64,000 bases of DNA from a virus (IMGVR_UViG_2565956721_000002), one strand, 5' to 3'. Counted from the stretch's first letter, positions 22,707 through 32,188 are shown. Notes: generated from the sequence alone by a model not told the origin. Numbers and translations: made by a program.

Positions 22707-23428
22707 GCGAAATTAACTATAAAGAACTGCGCGAGGCGGCGAAACAGGCAACGCAAGATGAATGGGTAGCATATATTTTGCCGGGTCATAACGGCATTTA
22801 TCCTGCGCGCACGTCTGAGGGTAGGCATTGCGGATACTTTATTGACTGGCCTAGCGTCTGTCAGGGGCGGGAGAGCATCAACATGAGCATCAGAACCTAC
22901 GCAGTGAATTGCAATGACGCATGGCTAAACACCGAAGGTGATGACATCTCCGGCTCATACGTTAAGTACAAAGACCATCAGGAAGTGGTTGCCGCTCTTG
23001 AGGCCAAGTGCGCGGCGCTGGCGGCGGAGAATGAGCTGGCTCGTAAGGCAGTTCAGGCATTCTGCGATGTTGTTGGCGACAACACCGAGGTTATCGCTGA
23101 GGAGGTTGGGCGAGATGGCGTTCTGGTTATTTTGGGGGCCATGAAGGCAACAGGAAATATTTCAGCCACCGATGCTTTTCTGGCTGAAATTCGTGCGGAA
23201 GCACGCAACGAGGGGATTAACTATACCGCCAGCCGTCTTGCTGCTGCGTTCAATCACGGATTTATCAATAAATCTTTGCGTGAAGTTTTCGACGTTACAC
23301 GCATGATTTTGTCAGCGAAAGAAGAGTTGGCTAATGAACCGCATCCGATTGATGGCCTGTCCGGTGAATATGCGGAGAAATCCCTTGAAGAATGGGCGGA
23401 ACAGATTCGCAAAGGAGGCAAGCAGTGA
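22703..23428 (+). CDS. Ead/Ea22-like accessory protein
   Basis: GTG start after AGGAGG; N-terminus MSEINYKELREAAKQATQDEW is paralogous to 23726 gene N-terminus. Confidence 0.5.
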   Translation: MSEINYKELREAAKQATQDEWVAYILPGHNGIYPARTSEGRHCGYFIDWPSVCQGRESINMSIRTYAVNCNDAWLNTEGDDISGSYVKYKDHQEVVAALEAKCAALAAENELARKAVQAFCDVVGDNTEVIAEEVGRDGVLVILGAMKATGNISATDAFLAEIRAEARNEGINYTASRLAAAFNHGFINKSLREVFDVTRMILSAKEELANEPHPIDGLSGEYAEKSLEEWAEQIRKGGKQ

Positions 23429-23724
23429 GTGTATATCTTATTGATAAACGTCGACGTGGGCAACAAATACCACCTGTAGGAATTCCGAATCACACATGGT
23501 TTTGCGTACTTGATATCGATGGTATGGATGCGTTGGTTGACACTCGTCATTACTGCGATACCGCAACAGCTACTCCGGCGAAAGCAAAGAAAATGGCTGC
23601 TCTGATAGAAAACTGGACTCCACCTGATGGTTGGTGCAATGGGAATGATCGAGATTGGCATGAAAAAATGAAGGGCTATATCTGCGATTTCTTACGTAAA
23701 TGCAACGGATTCAGGGTGATGTGA
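23425..23724 (+). CDS. hypothetical protein
   Basis: GTG start overlapping upstream stop behind the same AGGAGG junction module; track ORF begins 23392. Confidence 0.4.
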   Translation: MSVYLIDKRRRGQQIPPVGIPNHTWFCVLDIDGMDALVDTRHYCDTATATPAKAKKMAALIENWTPPDGWCNGNDRDWHEKMKGYICDFLRKCNGFRVM

Positions 23725-23725
23725 C

Positions 23726-24034
23726 ATGAACAAGATTGACTATCAGGCACTGCGTGAGGCGGCAGAGAAGGCAACGTGGGGAGACTGGGACTCATATAAA
23801 CCACACCGTGGCGCACGTGGTTATGAGGTCCGACTAAGTAGTCAGGCCATTGCGCAACACGTTCTGAAAAACAACGCTGAATTTATTGCTGCCTTTAATC
23901 CAAAGATTGCTTTGGCACTACTGGATGAACGGGAAAGGAACCAGCAATACATCAAATCACGCGACCAGGAGAACGAGGATATTGCGCTAACTGACGGTGT
24001 AATTGTTAATAAGAAAGAAGGAAACGCGGCATGA
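23726..24034 (+). CDS. Ead/Ea22-like accessory protein (paralog)
   Basis: N-terminus MNKIDYQALREAAEKATWGDW parallels the 22703 gene. Confidence 0.45.
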   Translation: MNKIDYQALREAAEKATWGDWDSYKPHRGARGYEVRLSSQAIAQHVLKNNAEFIAAFNPKIALALLDERERNQQYIKSRDQENEDIALTDGVIVNKKEGNAA

Positions 24035-24495
24035 CCACTATTACCAATAAGAAACAGTATCCCAGCGAGCAATATCTTAATGAGCTGATCACCAACATAG
24101 AGTTTGCCGCAAGGGCACCAGTTGAAGTCGTGAGAGCAATGGCAGCAGAGCTACAGAAGCGGCGCGAAGCTGATAGTGCAGAACCAGTTGCTTATATTTT
24201 CAAACATCCGGCCGGGAAATTATTCTGGGCTTTAACGGATGAAAGCAATAAAGAGCAAGCGGACGTTATTCCTGTTTATGCTGCCGCGCCTGCGTCGGTT
24301 GTGCCGGATAATGCATCAGAGCCTCTTGCTTATGCTTACAAAGAGCTTACGCCTGAGATTATGCGCAACCATTTAGCTGTATTCGAGCGATATGGAATAG
24401 CCCCAAACGATAGCACTACCACAATTCAGGCACTGCGAATCGCGCTGGATGGTATAGAGCGGAGCGACGCCATGCTTCAGGGTAAAGGAGGGTGA
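24031..24495 (+). CDS. hypothetical protein
   Basis: 154 aa; starts MTTITNKKQ like the 25208 gene (MTTITKERL). Confidence 0.45.
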   Translation: MTTITNKKQYPSEQYLNELITNIEFAARAPVEVVRAMAAELQKRREADSAEPVAYIFKHPAGKLFWALTDESNKEQADVIPVYAAAPASVVPDNASEPLAYAYKELTPEIMRNHLAVFERYGIAPNDSTTTIQALRIALDGIERSDAMLQGKGG

Positions 24496-24496
24496 T

Positions 24497-24712
24497 ATGG
24501 CTATTGCCGCAAGTTACACAATGCATCTCTATTGTGACTGCCGTCAGTGCACGGAAGGTGTATATCCAGTGCCAGACTTCGGTGAGTATATAGGTACGTC
24601 ATGGGCTGGCTGTGCAAAAGAGGCCCGTAAAGACGGGTGGCGAATAAGCAAAGACAAAACGCGTGCTTTTGCGCCAGGGCATAAAATTTTGAGGAGCAAC
24701 AAAGGAGAGTGA
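24497..24712 (+). CDS. small Cys-rich protein
   Basis: 71 aa; CDCRQC ... C pattern suggests a zinc-binding fold. Confidence 0.4.
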   Translation: MAIAASYTMHLYCDCRQCTEGVYPVPDFGEYIGTSWAGCAKEARKDGWRISKDKTRAFAPGHKILRSNKGE

Positions 24713-24713
24713 T

Positions 24714-24932
24714 GTGCCTACATTATTCAGAAAAGAATATCCGCGAAAAAGTAGAGCGACAGAATTTTTGTTTCTCATTCTGTTTATCGTGTTGATGATA
24801 CCGATATCCCCGTTAATTCTGGTATGGGGAATCGGAAAAATAATTGAGCCAGTTATTGAATTGTATAACGACGTGGTATGGGCTCCGTTCAACACACTGC
24901 ACAATAAAATTAATCCGTATAAGGAAAACTGA
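24714..24932 (+). CDS. small membrane protein
   Basis: 72 aa; hydrophobic FLFLILFIVLMIPISPLILVWGIG; AT-rich. Confidence 0.4.
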   Translation: MPTLFRKEYPRKSRATEFLFLILFIVLMIPISPLILVWGIGKIIEPVIELYNDVVWAPFNTLHNKINPYKEN

Positions 24933-24933
24933 T

Positions 24934-25197
24934 ATGGCAACTTTGACAAAAAAAGAACAGGCATGGTTGAACGAATTACAGGACGTTCTTGATCGCTGTC
25001 CATCACCGAAAAAAATTGGTTTTTACACCATTGGCGATAAAAGCATTTACCTGTATGACCTGCGCCGCATGGATGAAATCATGGAGGCTCTTGATAATCG
25101 TTCGTCAATGGATTGGTGTGTTGCTGTCCATGATATGAATGCCGGATTTGATGAAAAGATTTTATTCCCCTCATCAGTTGAAAGTACAGCAGGATAA
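24934..25197 (+). CDS. hypothetical protein
   Basis: internal ATG 24934 of track ORF 24844..25197 with AAGGAAA RBS, immediately after upstream stop. Confidence 0.4.
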   Translation: MATLTKKEQAWLNELQDVLDRCPSPKKIGFYTIGDKSIYLYDLRRMDEIMEALDNRSSMDWCVAVHDMNAGFDEKILFPSSVESTAG

Positions 25198-25207
25198 GGA
25201 CTAACAC

Positions 25208-26095
25208 ATGACCACTATTACCAAAGAGCGACTGCTGACAATCAGGCAGTGGCGCGAAACATACGGACCTGGTAGCAACGTTGTACTGCCAGCAGAAGAA
25301 GCGGAAGAACTGGCACGAATTGCTCTGGCATCGCTGGAGCAGAATGTACTATCGGGCAACTCTCCGCTTATTCCTGGTGAAGTGTTGTCCGCAATCCGGG
25401 AGGTTGCCAGGATTCGTGCCGATTTCGATGATTTTGACGGTGACAGGCGAGGTATCGGTGATTGTCTGGATGAGGCCGAGCAAGAGCTTATCGTTACCAT
25501 TAACAAATATGCCAGTCAGTTGGCAGCAGAACCGATAGCGACTAATGACGTTCGAGAGCAAACAGCCGTTCCGCCAATACAGGCTGATGTCGCGCAAGCA
25601 ATTGAAAATCTCAAGCAGAAGTTAGTGGAATGCAATCGCTATAACTACTGCGCAGATGCAGTGAAGAACGTAGAGGATGCCTGCCGTGCTGTTAGCTATA
25701 GCCAAGCCGACAATCAGCCAGCATCTGGCAACCAGGCTGCCGAATCCAATCGCGGTAATGAGTGGACTGGCAATCCTGATATTGATAACGCCATCATCAT
25801 GCTCGACCGCATAGATACGCTGGAAAATTGCGATGATGACCGTATTGAGGCTGTTAAGGCTGTTTTGCGTAGACTGGCTGGCAACTCTCCGGTAACTCCG
25901 GATAGTTGGATAAGCTGTAGTGAGCGAATGCCCGCTCAAGATGATTGGATTTTAATTTATTCAAAGCACGGCGAGTATATGGCAGGCCAGGTGCAAGGGG
26001 AATACGTGGAGTTGAGCGACGGCACTTTATCGTGGTTAGGGAACGCCTTGTTCTGGATGCCGCTACCAGAACCGCCGCAGGAGGTGAATCAATGA
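25208..26095 (+). CDS. accessory protein with C-terminal DUF551-like domain
   Basis: 295 aa; C-terminal WISCSERMPAQDDWILIY matches the DUF551 pattern seen in lambdoid phage accessory genes. Confidence 0.5.
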   Translation: MTTITKERLLTIRQWRETYGPGSNVVLPAEEAEELARIALASLEQNVLSGNSPLIPGEVLSAIREVARIRADFDDFDGDRRGIGDCLDEAEQELIVTINKYASQLAAEPIATNDVREQTAVPPIQADVAQAIENLKQKLVECNRYNYCADAVKNVEDACRAVSYSQADNQPASGNQAAESNRGNEWTGNPDIDNAIIMLDRIDTLENCDDDRIEAVKAVLRRLAGNSPVTPDSWISCSERMPAQDDWILIYSKHGEYMAGQVQGEYVELSDGTLSWLGNALFWMPLPEPPQEVNQ

Positions 26096-26175
26096 GCTGG
26101 CCTGAAGCATTCACCACGGTAGGAATTGTGATGGCGGCAGCACTGGGTTTGTATTCAATTTGTCGCTGGTGGTAA
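26092..26175 (+). CDS. small hydrophobic peptide (27 aa)
   Basis: ATG overlapping upstream stop (ATGA) with strong AGGAGGTG RBS; MSWPEAFTTVGIVMAAALGLYSICRWW. Confidence 0.45.
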   Translation: MSWPEAFTTVGIVMAAALGLYSICRWW

Positions 26176-26177
26176 CG

Positions 26178-26411
26178 ATGGGAAAAATAACTTTTGTAGT
26201 CGAATTTGAGGATGGCAAAGAGCCACCTGTTAGCGCCAATCTTGATGTTGCTGGTGGCAGGCTTGTTTCGGTTCTATTTGGTGACTACCGAGATGACTTC
26301 TTCCAACCAGAAGAAGTTGATGTAGTGCGAGAGGCATTAAACGAGTTAAGTGTTGATAACGATGATGCTCATGCGGAAATCATCCAAAAAATGGAACTGC
26401 TAACTCACTAA
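26178..26411 (+). CDS. hypothetical acidic protein
   Basis: internal ATG 26178 (GGTGGT upstream) of track ORF 26160..26411. Confidence 0.4.
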   Translation: MGKITFVVEFEDGKEPPVSANLDVAGGRLVSVLFGDYRDDFFQPEEVDVVREALNELSVDNDDAHAEIIQKMELLTH

Positions 26412-26459
26412 ATTATCAATTATGGTGCTATCACCTACGACACCGAGAGAAAATTTATA

Positions 26460-26582
26460 ATGTCAAAAGTAAATGTTTTGATTTTTTCAGCAATTGTTGG
26501 CTTTGGTTTTACTGCCGGAGTGCAGATTTATATTACGTGGGAAAAAATCATCAACTACGCATGGAGTTGTTTTATTAAGTGA
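26460..26582 (+). CDS. small hydrophobic peptide (40 aa)
   Basis: MSKVNVLIFSAIVGFGFTAGVQIYITWEKIINYAWSCFIK; AT-rich; followed by the 26590 gene. Confidence 0.4.
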   Translation: MSKVNVLIFSAIVGFGFTAGVQIYITWEKIINYAWSCFIK

Positions 26583-26589
26583 GGTAAGT

Positions 26590-26883
26590 ATGTGGAGAGG
26601 TAATAGTCATGGCAAAAGCCAGATGATACTTACCGAATATCAGTTTGACCATAAAACCAATAAATCACGTTCAGTATATTTGCTTCGGCACAATAGCCGC
26701 GTAAGGAATACCGTGCTGGAGCAAAATCTGACTGTTGAAATAGATAATTACGGGGGCTTCAAGCCAACAATTTCGCTTGATGATTTTCCTCGTGGTTTAA
26801 GCGAAAGAGAAGCAATGCTGAAATTAGCAGAATGGCTACAAAGATTAAGCATTGCTATTGAAGATAACTGGTCTGAACCTTAA
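26590..26883 (+). CDS. hypothetical protein
   Basis: internal ATG 26590 with GAGG RBS of track ORF 26494..26883. Confidence 0.4.
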   Translation: MWRGNSHGKSQMILTEYQFDHKTNKSRSVYLLRHNSRVRNTVLEQNLTVEIDNYGGFKPTISLDDFPRGLSEREAMLKLAEWLQRLSIAIEDNWSEP

Positions 26884-26889
26884 ATTTAT

Positions 26890-27264
26890 ATGATGACACT
26901 AAAACATTTTCTTGACCGCCCATTATGGGCGGCAGCCGCAGGCTATGACTTTAATTATATGGATTGCATGTCTTATACCGCCAATGCATACGACTATTCC
27001 TTCAGTCTGCTGCTTAATTCTTTAAGAATATTGCCGCAAACAGAAGTTGGAGAGCTTCATTTATGGCTATTGGGCTTTATCGCGGCTGGAGTTGGTATTG
27101 CTGTATGGCCTTTTATTTTCTGGCTGGTGGCTGTTGTAGTGTGGTTTAAGTGCAAGACGTACCGGAGAAAGTATTTCTTAGGTGATGGAATGACTGATAT
27201 TGCCAAAATGAACATTGAAAAATGGACTAAGGAATGTGAAAAGAAATGGCGCAAAAAGAAATGA
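26890..27264 (+). CDS. membrane protein
   Basis: 124 aa; hydrophobic LWLLGFIAAGVGIAVWPFIFWLVAVVVWF then basic tail. Confidence 0.4.
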   Translation: MMTLKHFLDRPLWAAAAGYDFNYMDCMSYTANAYDYSFSLLLNSLRILPQTEVGELHLWLLGFIAAGVGIAVWPFIFWLVAVVVWFKCKTYRRKYFLGDGMTDIAKMNIEKWTKECEKKWRKKK

Positions 27265-28178
27265 CCAGAATCACTGAAGAGCGTATATCAGAGATTATTT
27301 CCCGTATCGAAATGTATGGTCACGGTGCTGGATATACGGCAGATGAAGTATTGGCACTTGCCCAAATGGCTTTGGCGGCTTGCAAAGATGATAAAAAAAT
27401 GAAGTTTATCGACTTGTTAGTGAAGGAACTGCCTAAGTGCGGCGGGTGGCCTGATGGAATGAGTTATTGTTACCTACCCAGTGTCAATTTAATGGCACCA
27501 TGCGCGACTTTTGCTTTTGGCTCAGACCACAAAAAAGACACTTTCTTTGGGCGCAATTTTTGTTGTGAGATTGAGCTTCCAATTGGTGACCTTGATAGCG
27601 ATGAATACCAGTCAGTTGTCACTCGCGAACAATACGAATCAGCTCTCATAGCGTCGCAGAAAGTCGAGTTCAATGGTGATGAACTTGAAAGTAAGACTTA
27701 CAGGTTGGATTTTGGGCAATGGCTGGAACAGCAACGCGGGAAAATCGATGTGGACTGTGGTTGTGTGTCCACTGAAACATTCATGCACTGGCTGCGGGTA
27801 GCTTACGAGGCTGGCAACTATCCGGATATTCCGGATAGTTCGGTGCCAGCACCAGGAAAGGGCGTCACCGGTGAACGTATCCGAATTAAGCCGCATGTTT
27901 ATCGCGAACTGGTTAACCGTCTCCACGATACAGCGATCAAGTGTGCTGGCACCCAGCAATTACGAGAAAGAATTAGCCGTGTTTTGGGCGACGTTATTAC
28001 ACCAGATCATCATAAACAAGCCGAGAAAAGTGGCCTGGAAAGGTGTCACCTTGAGGCGGCATTAAACATTAAGCCGGGGCATACGCTTGGCATTATTGAT
28101 GCACTATTGGTTCATAAGATGGCCAGGGCTTTATTGCCGCTGGTGGATGCTGGCGATACAAGCGAGGGTGAAGTATGA
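27246..28178 (+). CDS. hypothetical protein
   Basis: 310 aa, no recognisable motif. Confidence 0.45.
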   Translation: MAQKEMTRITEERISEIISRIEMYGHGAGYTADEVLALAQMALAACKDDKKMKFIDLLVKELPKCGGWPDGMSYCYLPSVNLMAPCATFAFGSDHKKDTFFGRNFCCEIELPIGDLDSDEYQSVVTREQYESALIASQKVEFNGDELESKTYRLDFGQWLEQQRGKIDVDCGCVSTETFMHWLRVAYEAGNYPDIPDSSVPAPGKGVTGERIRIKPHVYRELVNRLHDTAIKCAGTQQLRERISRVLGDVITPDHHKQAEKSGLERCHLEAALNIKPGHTLGIIDALLVHKMARALLPLVDAGDTSEGEV

Positions 28179-28537
28179 GAGTTGCAGATCACATCAAACA
28201 CCTTGAAAGAATTATCGAAAACGGTGAACTCTTAAGAGATCAGATGAGACGCACGGCAGAAGTCAGAGAGGCGATAATCCGCAGTCAGGCTGGTAAATTA
28301 AAGCAATTATCAGAGATTAACGCGCTATACAAGAACAGACGTAACCGGGCGGCGCTGCGGCTTCAGAAAGCACGTAATGAAATTAAATTGGTGGAGGCAA
28401 AACTGAAAAAACAGATTCAGCGTTACGATCAGCAAGATGCTTTTTATGCCGCCATCAAGGCGGCTGCTAATGAAATAGGCATCTGGAAGTTGCTGGTGGA
28501 GAAAGCAAAGACGAAGTTAAATGCCAACGAAAGCTGA
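28175..28537 (+). CDS. coiled-coil protein
   Basis: 120 aa, charged heptad-like sequence throughout. Confidence 0.45.
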   Translation: MRVADHIKHLERIIENGELLRDQMRRTAEVREAIIRSQAGKLKQLSEINALYKNRRNRAALRLQKARNEIKLVEAKLKKQIQRYDQQDAFYAAIKAAANEIGIWKLLVEKAKTKLNANES

Positions 28538-28611
28538 ACTACAGGTACCCACCAGCACATACAGAAAATGATTGTTTCCACATCAAGGAGATTTTAATGT
28601 TTCACTGAACA

Positions 28612-28749
28612 TTAAGTAAGCCAGTGCATAATTCCATTTTTTACTGACCTTAAAAGCAAAATCAAAACGATGATGAGGATGATCGCCAGAATCTGGCTAA
28701 TAACAGGCGCATCTAAAAATGCACTCAGGAACTGAAAAAAAGCAGTCAT
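28612..28749 (-). CDS. small hydrophobic peptide (45 aa), antisense-oriented; type I toxin-like candidate
   Basis: ATG at 28749..28747 with AAGGAA about 9 nt upstream; MTAFFQFLSAFLDAPVISQILAIILIIVLILLLRSVKNGIMHWLT; lone minus-strand ORF in an AT-rich gap between plus-strand genes. Confidence 0.35.
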   Translation of the reverse strand: MTAFFQFLSAFLDAPVISQILAIILIIVLILLLRSVKNGIMHWLT

Positions 28750-29198
28750 TAAGGTGGTTCCTTGTCAAATGTAAAGGAGCACTTGCTCACGTTGACGTAG
28801 AAACCCAACCCCTATATAGTTGGATTCGGTGAAAGAAAGTCGTTAACGTGAGCTTACGGCACATGTTTTCGGAACAACATCAGGGAACGGCTAATTCCTT
28901 GATGCGGATGGGGTCTGTAATGCAGACCCTATCTATTAACGTCATGATTGCATCTCAAATTTTCTCCTTATCTTCATTAATCAAAATTCATTTCATTTGT
29001 GAAACATCACAATATTTAGAAAATGGCCCTCTTGCAAGTGCATAACTTTGTGGATAAATCAGGAAGAAAAAAGTTGATTCTGCGCACGGCAAGGCAGATA
29101 AGCTGTGCACAAAAATCAATGGGAAAAGAAAAAAAATTAAAAGTTACTTTGCTGGTTAAATAATAGTCGTTACGCAATTGTTCTGGATGGGATTTGAT

Positions 29199-29450
29199 AT
29201 GCACGATTGGAATATTGCAGCTAAAAGTCAGGAAGAACGGGATAAGGTTAACGTTGATCTGGCTGCCAGCGGTGTGGCGTACAAAGAGCGATTGAACATA
29301 CCTGTCATAGCTGAACAGGTAGCCCGCGAGCAACCAGAGAATCTGCGCACCTATTTCATGGAACGGTTACGGCACTATCGGCAGTTAAGCCTCCAGTTGC
29401 CAAAAGGGAGCGATCCGGTGTATCAGAACGAGGATGCACCAAAAAAATAA
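29199..29450 (+). CDS. hot: homolog of DNA polymerase III theta subunit (HolE)
   Basis: internal ATG 29199 of track ORF 29178..29450; [43 protein letters not shown] aligns with E. coli theta as recalled. Confidence 0.8.
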   Translation: MHDWNIAAKSQEERDKVNVDLAASGVAYKERLNIPVIAEQVAREQPENLRTYFMERLRHYRQLSLQLPKGSDPVYQNEDAPKK

Positions 29451-29537
29451 CGGCAAGATGGGGGAGAAATGTGATTAGCCCCCAGCGTGGCGCGCCTACA
29501 AACCCCGCTTTCACAAACTATGCCTTTTCAATGTATA

Positions 29538-29553
29538 CTGTATGAATAAACAG
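29538..29553 (+). promoter_or_regulatory. LexA (SOS) box
   Basis: CTGTATGAATAAACAG fits CTG-N10-CAG, about 20 bp upstream of humD. Confidence 0.7.
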
Positions 29554-29573
29554 TATTATTGAGGTAAAACGCT

Positions 29574-29963
29574 ATGGGCTTCCCTTCTCCTGCGGCGGAT
29601 TATGTTGAAAGCCGAATTTCTCTTGATCAGCAGATAATTAGACATCCTTCAGCGACCTACTTCATGCGGGCAGCTGATAGCCATCACCGTGAGGGAATAT
29701 TGCAGGGTGCTTTGCTGGTGGTTGATTCCTCGCTTACTCCGGTTGATGGTTCTCTGCTTGTGTGCGCTATGGAGGGTGAATATCGCATAAAGAGATACAG
29801 GAAGTATCCGCGCCAGCACCTGGAGGACTTAAGCACCGGGAAGAAAGAGGCGTTACCAGTAGATGACGATGGATACACGGGCAGTAATGCTGTTTTTGGT
29901 GTGATCACTCATGTCATCAATGATGCCCGAAGTGGGGAATTTGATGATTGTCCGGTTATTTAA
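29574..29963 (+). CDS. humD: UmuD-like SOS mutagenesis protein homolog
   Basis: 129 aa with GAGGT RBS; LexA/UmuD-type peptidase region; LexA box upstream; P1 synteny before phd-doc. Confidence 0.8.
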   Translation: MGFPSPAADYVESRISLDQQIIRHPSATYFMRAADSHHREGILQGALLVVDSSLTPVDGSLLVCAMEGEYRIKRYRKYPRQHLEDLSTGKKEALPVDDDGYTGSNAVFGVITHVINDARSGEFDDCPVI

Positions 29964-30005
29964 GCTGCAAAGTGCTGGTGCTTTATGCCTGTGAAGTTTA
30001 TAATT

Positions 30006-30028
30006 GTGTACACATAACGAGTACACGA
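30006..30028 (+). promoter_or_regulatory. phd-doc operator palindromes
   Basis: GTGTACAC and GAGTACAC half-palindromes directly upstream of phd. Confidence 0.55.
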
Positions 30029-30035
30029 GGTGTTT

Positions 30036-30257
30036 ATGCAATCCATTAACTTCCGTACCGCGCGTGGCAACCTTTCTGAAGTGCTCAACAATGTTGAAGC
30101 CGGGGAAGAGGTTGAAATCACCCGCAGGGGCCGTGAGCCAGCAGTAATTGTCAGCAAGGCTACTTTCGAAGCCTACAAAAAAGCGGCGCTGGATGCTGAA
30201 TTTGCATCCCTGTTTGACACCCTGGACTCCACCAACAAGGAACTGGTTAACCGATAA
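30036..30257 (+). CDS. phd: antitoxin Phd
   Basis: internal ATG 30036 (GAGGTG RBS) gives 73 aa [49 protein letters not shown]..., recognised as P1 Phd. Confidence 0.95.
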
Positions 30258-30637
30258 TGAGGCATATATCACCGGAAGAACTTATTGCGCTTCATGATGC
30301 GAATATAAGCCGCTACGGCGGCCTGCCGGGAATGTCAGATCCGGGTAGGGCAGAGGCCATTATCGGGAGAGTTCAGGCCAGAGTTGCCTACGAAGAGATC
30401 ACCGACCTTTTCGAAGTCTCCGCCACCTACCTGGTGGCTACGGCGAGAGGGCATATATTCAATGATGCCAATAAGCGTACCGCGCTAAACAGTGCGCTGC
30501 TATTTCTACGCCGTAACGGGGTGCAGGTATTTGATTCACCTGAACTGGCAGACCTTACTGTAGGCGCTGCGACTGGTGAAATCGCCGTATCTTCAGTAGC
30601 AGAAAAGCTACGTGAACTATATGGTTCCAAGACTTGA
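30257..30637 (+). CDS. doc: toxin Doc (Fic-fold kinase)
   Basis: 126 aa, ATG overlapping phd stop; [40 protein letters not shown]... recognised as P1 Doc. Confidence 0.95.
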
Positions 30638-30656
30638 GTAGTGGAGTTACGAAACA

Positions 30657-30932
30657 ATGTCGAAAATTAACTTAAGAACCGAATCTGCGGTGTTCAAGAA
30701 TCCTACGTTTAACGTACCCAAACAAACGCTTGATGAACTTGTGCCGATTGATAGCAGGTTTGTTATTCCTGCGGAACTGGTCGAGAACTGCAAAGAGAAG
30801 CAAAAGTCGTTAAAGGAAATATCGCCTTCTGAAATCCTCTCCCGCAGTGATGTAAGTAAGGAGGAGGTTTTAAGGGCGATATCTGCATCTACTGCTACCA
30901 CGCTACGTAGATTGTATGGTTCTGCGGAGTAG
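30657..30932 (+). CDS. hypothetical protein downstream of doc
   Basis: 91 aa ORF following doc. Confidence 0.45.
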   Translation: MSKINLRTESAVFKNPTFNVPKQTLDELVPIDSRFVIPAELVENCKEKQKSLKEISPSEILSRSDVSKEEVLRAISASTATTLRRLYGSAE

Positions 30933-30936
30933 ATTA

Positions 30937-31116
30937 ATGGCACGCAAATACAACAAATTGTCCCGTGAAGCGTTAAAGATGCTTCTTGATGGCGTGAGTC
31001 GCCGCAAGGTAAAGCAATACCTGGTTGGTAAGCAAATTGGAGTCAGGACCGCTATTGCTGTGTTATGCCGTCAGGAAATGGTTGTGCTTAAACAGAGAAT
31101 GCCGGGCAGCAGATAA
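30937..31116 (+). CDS. small basic protein (possible DNA-binding)
   Basis: internal ATG 30937 with GGAG RBS of track ORF 30916..31116. Confidence 0.4.
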   Translation: MARKYNKLSREALKMLLDGVSRRKVKQYLVGKQIGVRTAIAVLCRQEMVVLKQRMPGSR

Positions 31117-31143
31117 AGCCCAATCAGTGATGAAAGGTGTGAT

Positions 31144-32187
31144 GTGAAAGCCGTAATTACTCCCTTTGTACAGAAAGAGCTTGGCCTCGCCACGTTCAAA
31201 GTGGATCAGGAGGTCAGAAAGCTGGTGGAGGCTGGCCGTAAATTTATTATGGAGCCGGTGCCGCGTGAGTTAATCGAGCACATGGAAGACGGCCTCGTTG
31301 TTACCGAGCAAACCATGGCAACAAATGAGGCGTTGCAGCCGTTTTTTAACAGCGATGAACTGTTTCGCCGTATTGGCGGAATTGACGCGCTGGTGGCGTG
31401 GTTGCGTAGGAAAGAGGGTCAATGCCAGGCCGCAGATCGTAGTTGGTGTGACAATCATATTGTCCACGCTGAACGAGACAATAGCGCGGTGTTGTTGTGC
31501 TGGCATCACGATAACCATTACCGGATGCGTGGTTTTAATGAGCTGAAAGAAACGCTGCACAATAATCGCGTTAACTGGATACTGGATGTCGCCCGTCAGG
31601 AAATGGGCCTTTCAAATAGCCATGATTTAAGTATTCAGGAGCTGTGCTGGTGGGCTTTCATGCGCAACATGATGCACCTGATGCCGGAAGAAGTCTGCCG
31701 CATATCAATAAATAAGATGAAGGCTACTCCGCAGGATAGCGGACCTCTGAAAGAGGCGGATATTCGCCCGTATGACGATCGCGCTACAGCATATGTTCAG
31801 ATGATGGAAGAACGCGCCGCGCCGATGCGTGCAAAAGTATGCCCTGTGGATGTTGACTCCGACCCTGGCATGGCGCATTTCAAAATACCAAAACTGCGAT
31901 CGCTAAAATTACCTGAGTACATGGACTTTGTTGCTTCCCGTCCGTGCTGTGGGTGTGGAGCTGCGGGAGCTGGCGCTCACATTACGCCTTATATCGTTCG
32001 TCATAGTCGATTATGCGCGCATGACATTTACGCAATTCCTCTGTGCCAGTCATGCCAGCGTGATATTGAGCGTGACCGCGATAATTGGGAGAAGACGCAC
32101 GGTAGGTTGGCGATGCATCAACGATTGTTCTTTGATTACGCGCTTGGAGTGGGCGTTATCACAAGTCATTCGTCGAGTGTTAGATAA
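31144..32187 (+). CDS. Cys/His-rich protein (pdcB position)
   Basis: 347 aa, GTG start with AAAGGTG RBS; clusters CWHHDNH and CCGCG...CQSCQ; lies between doc and lpa. Confidence 0.5.
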   Translation: MKAVITPFVQKELGLATFKVDQEVRKLVEAGRKFIMEPVPRELIEHMEDGLVVTEQTMATNEALQPFFNSDELFRRIGGIDALVAWLRRKEGQCQAADRSWCDNHIVHAERDNSAVLLCWHHDNHYRMRGFNELKETLHNNRVNWILDVARQEMGLSNSHDLSIQELCWWAFMRNMMHLMPEEVCRISINKMKATPQDSGPLKEADIRPYDDRATAYVQMMEERAAPMRAKVCPVDVDSDPGMAHFKIPKLRSLKLPEYMDFVASRPCCGCGAAGAGAHITPYIVRHSRLCAHDIYAIPLCQSCQRDIERDRDNWEKTHGRLAMHQRLFFDYALGVGVITSHSSSVR

Positions 32188-32188
32188 A

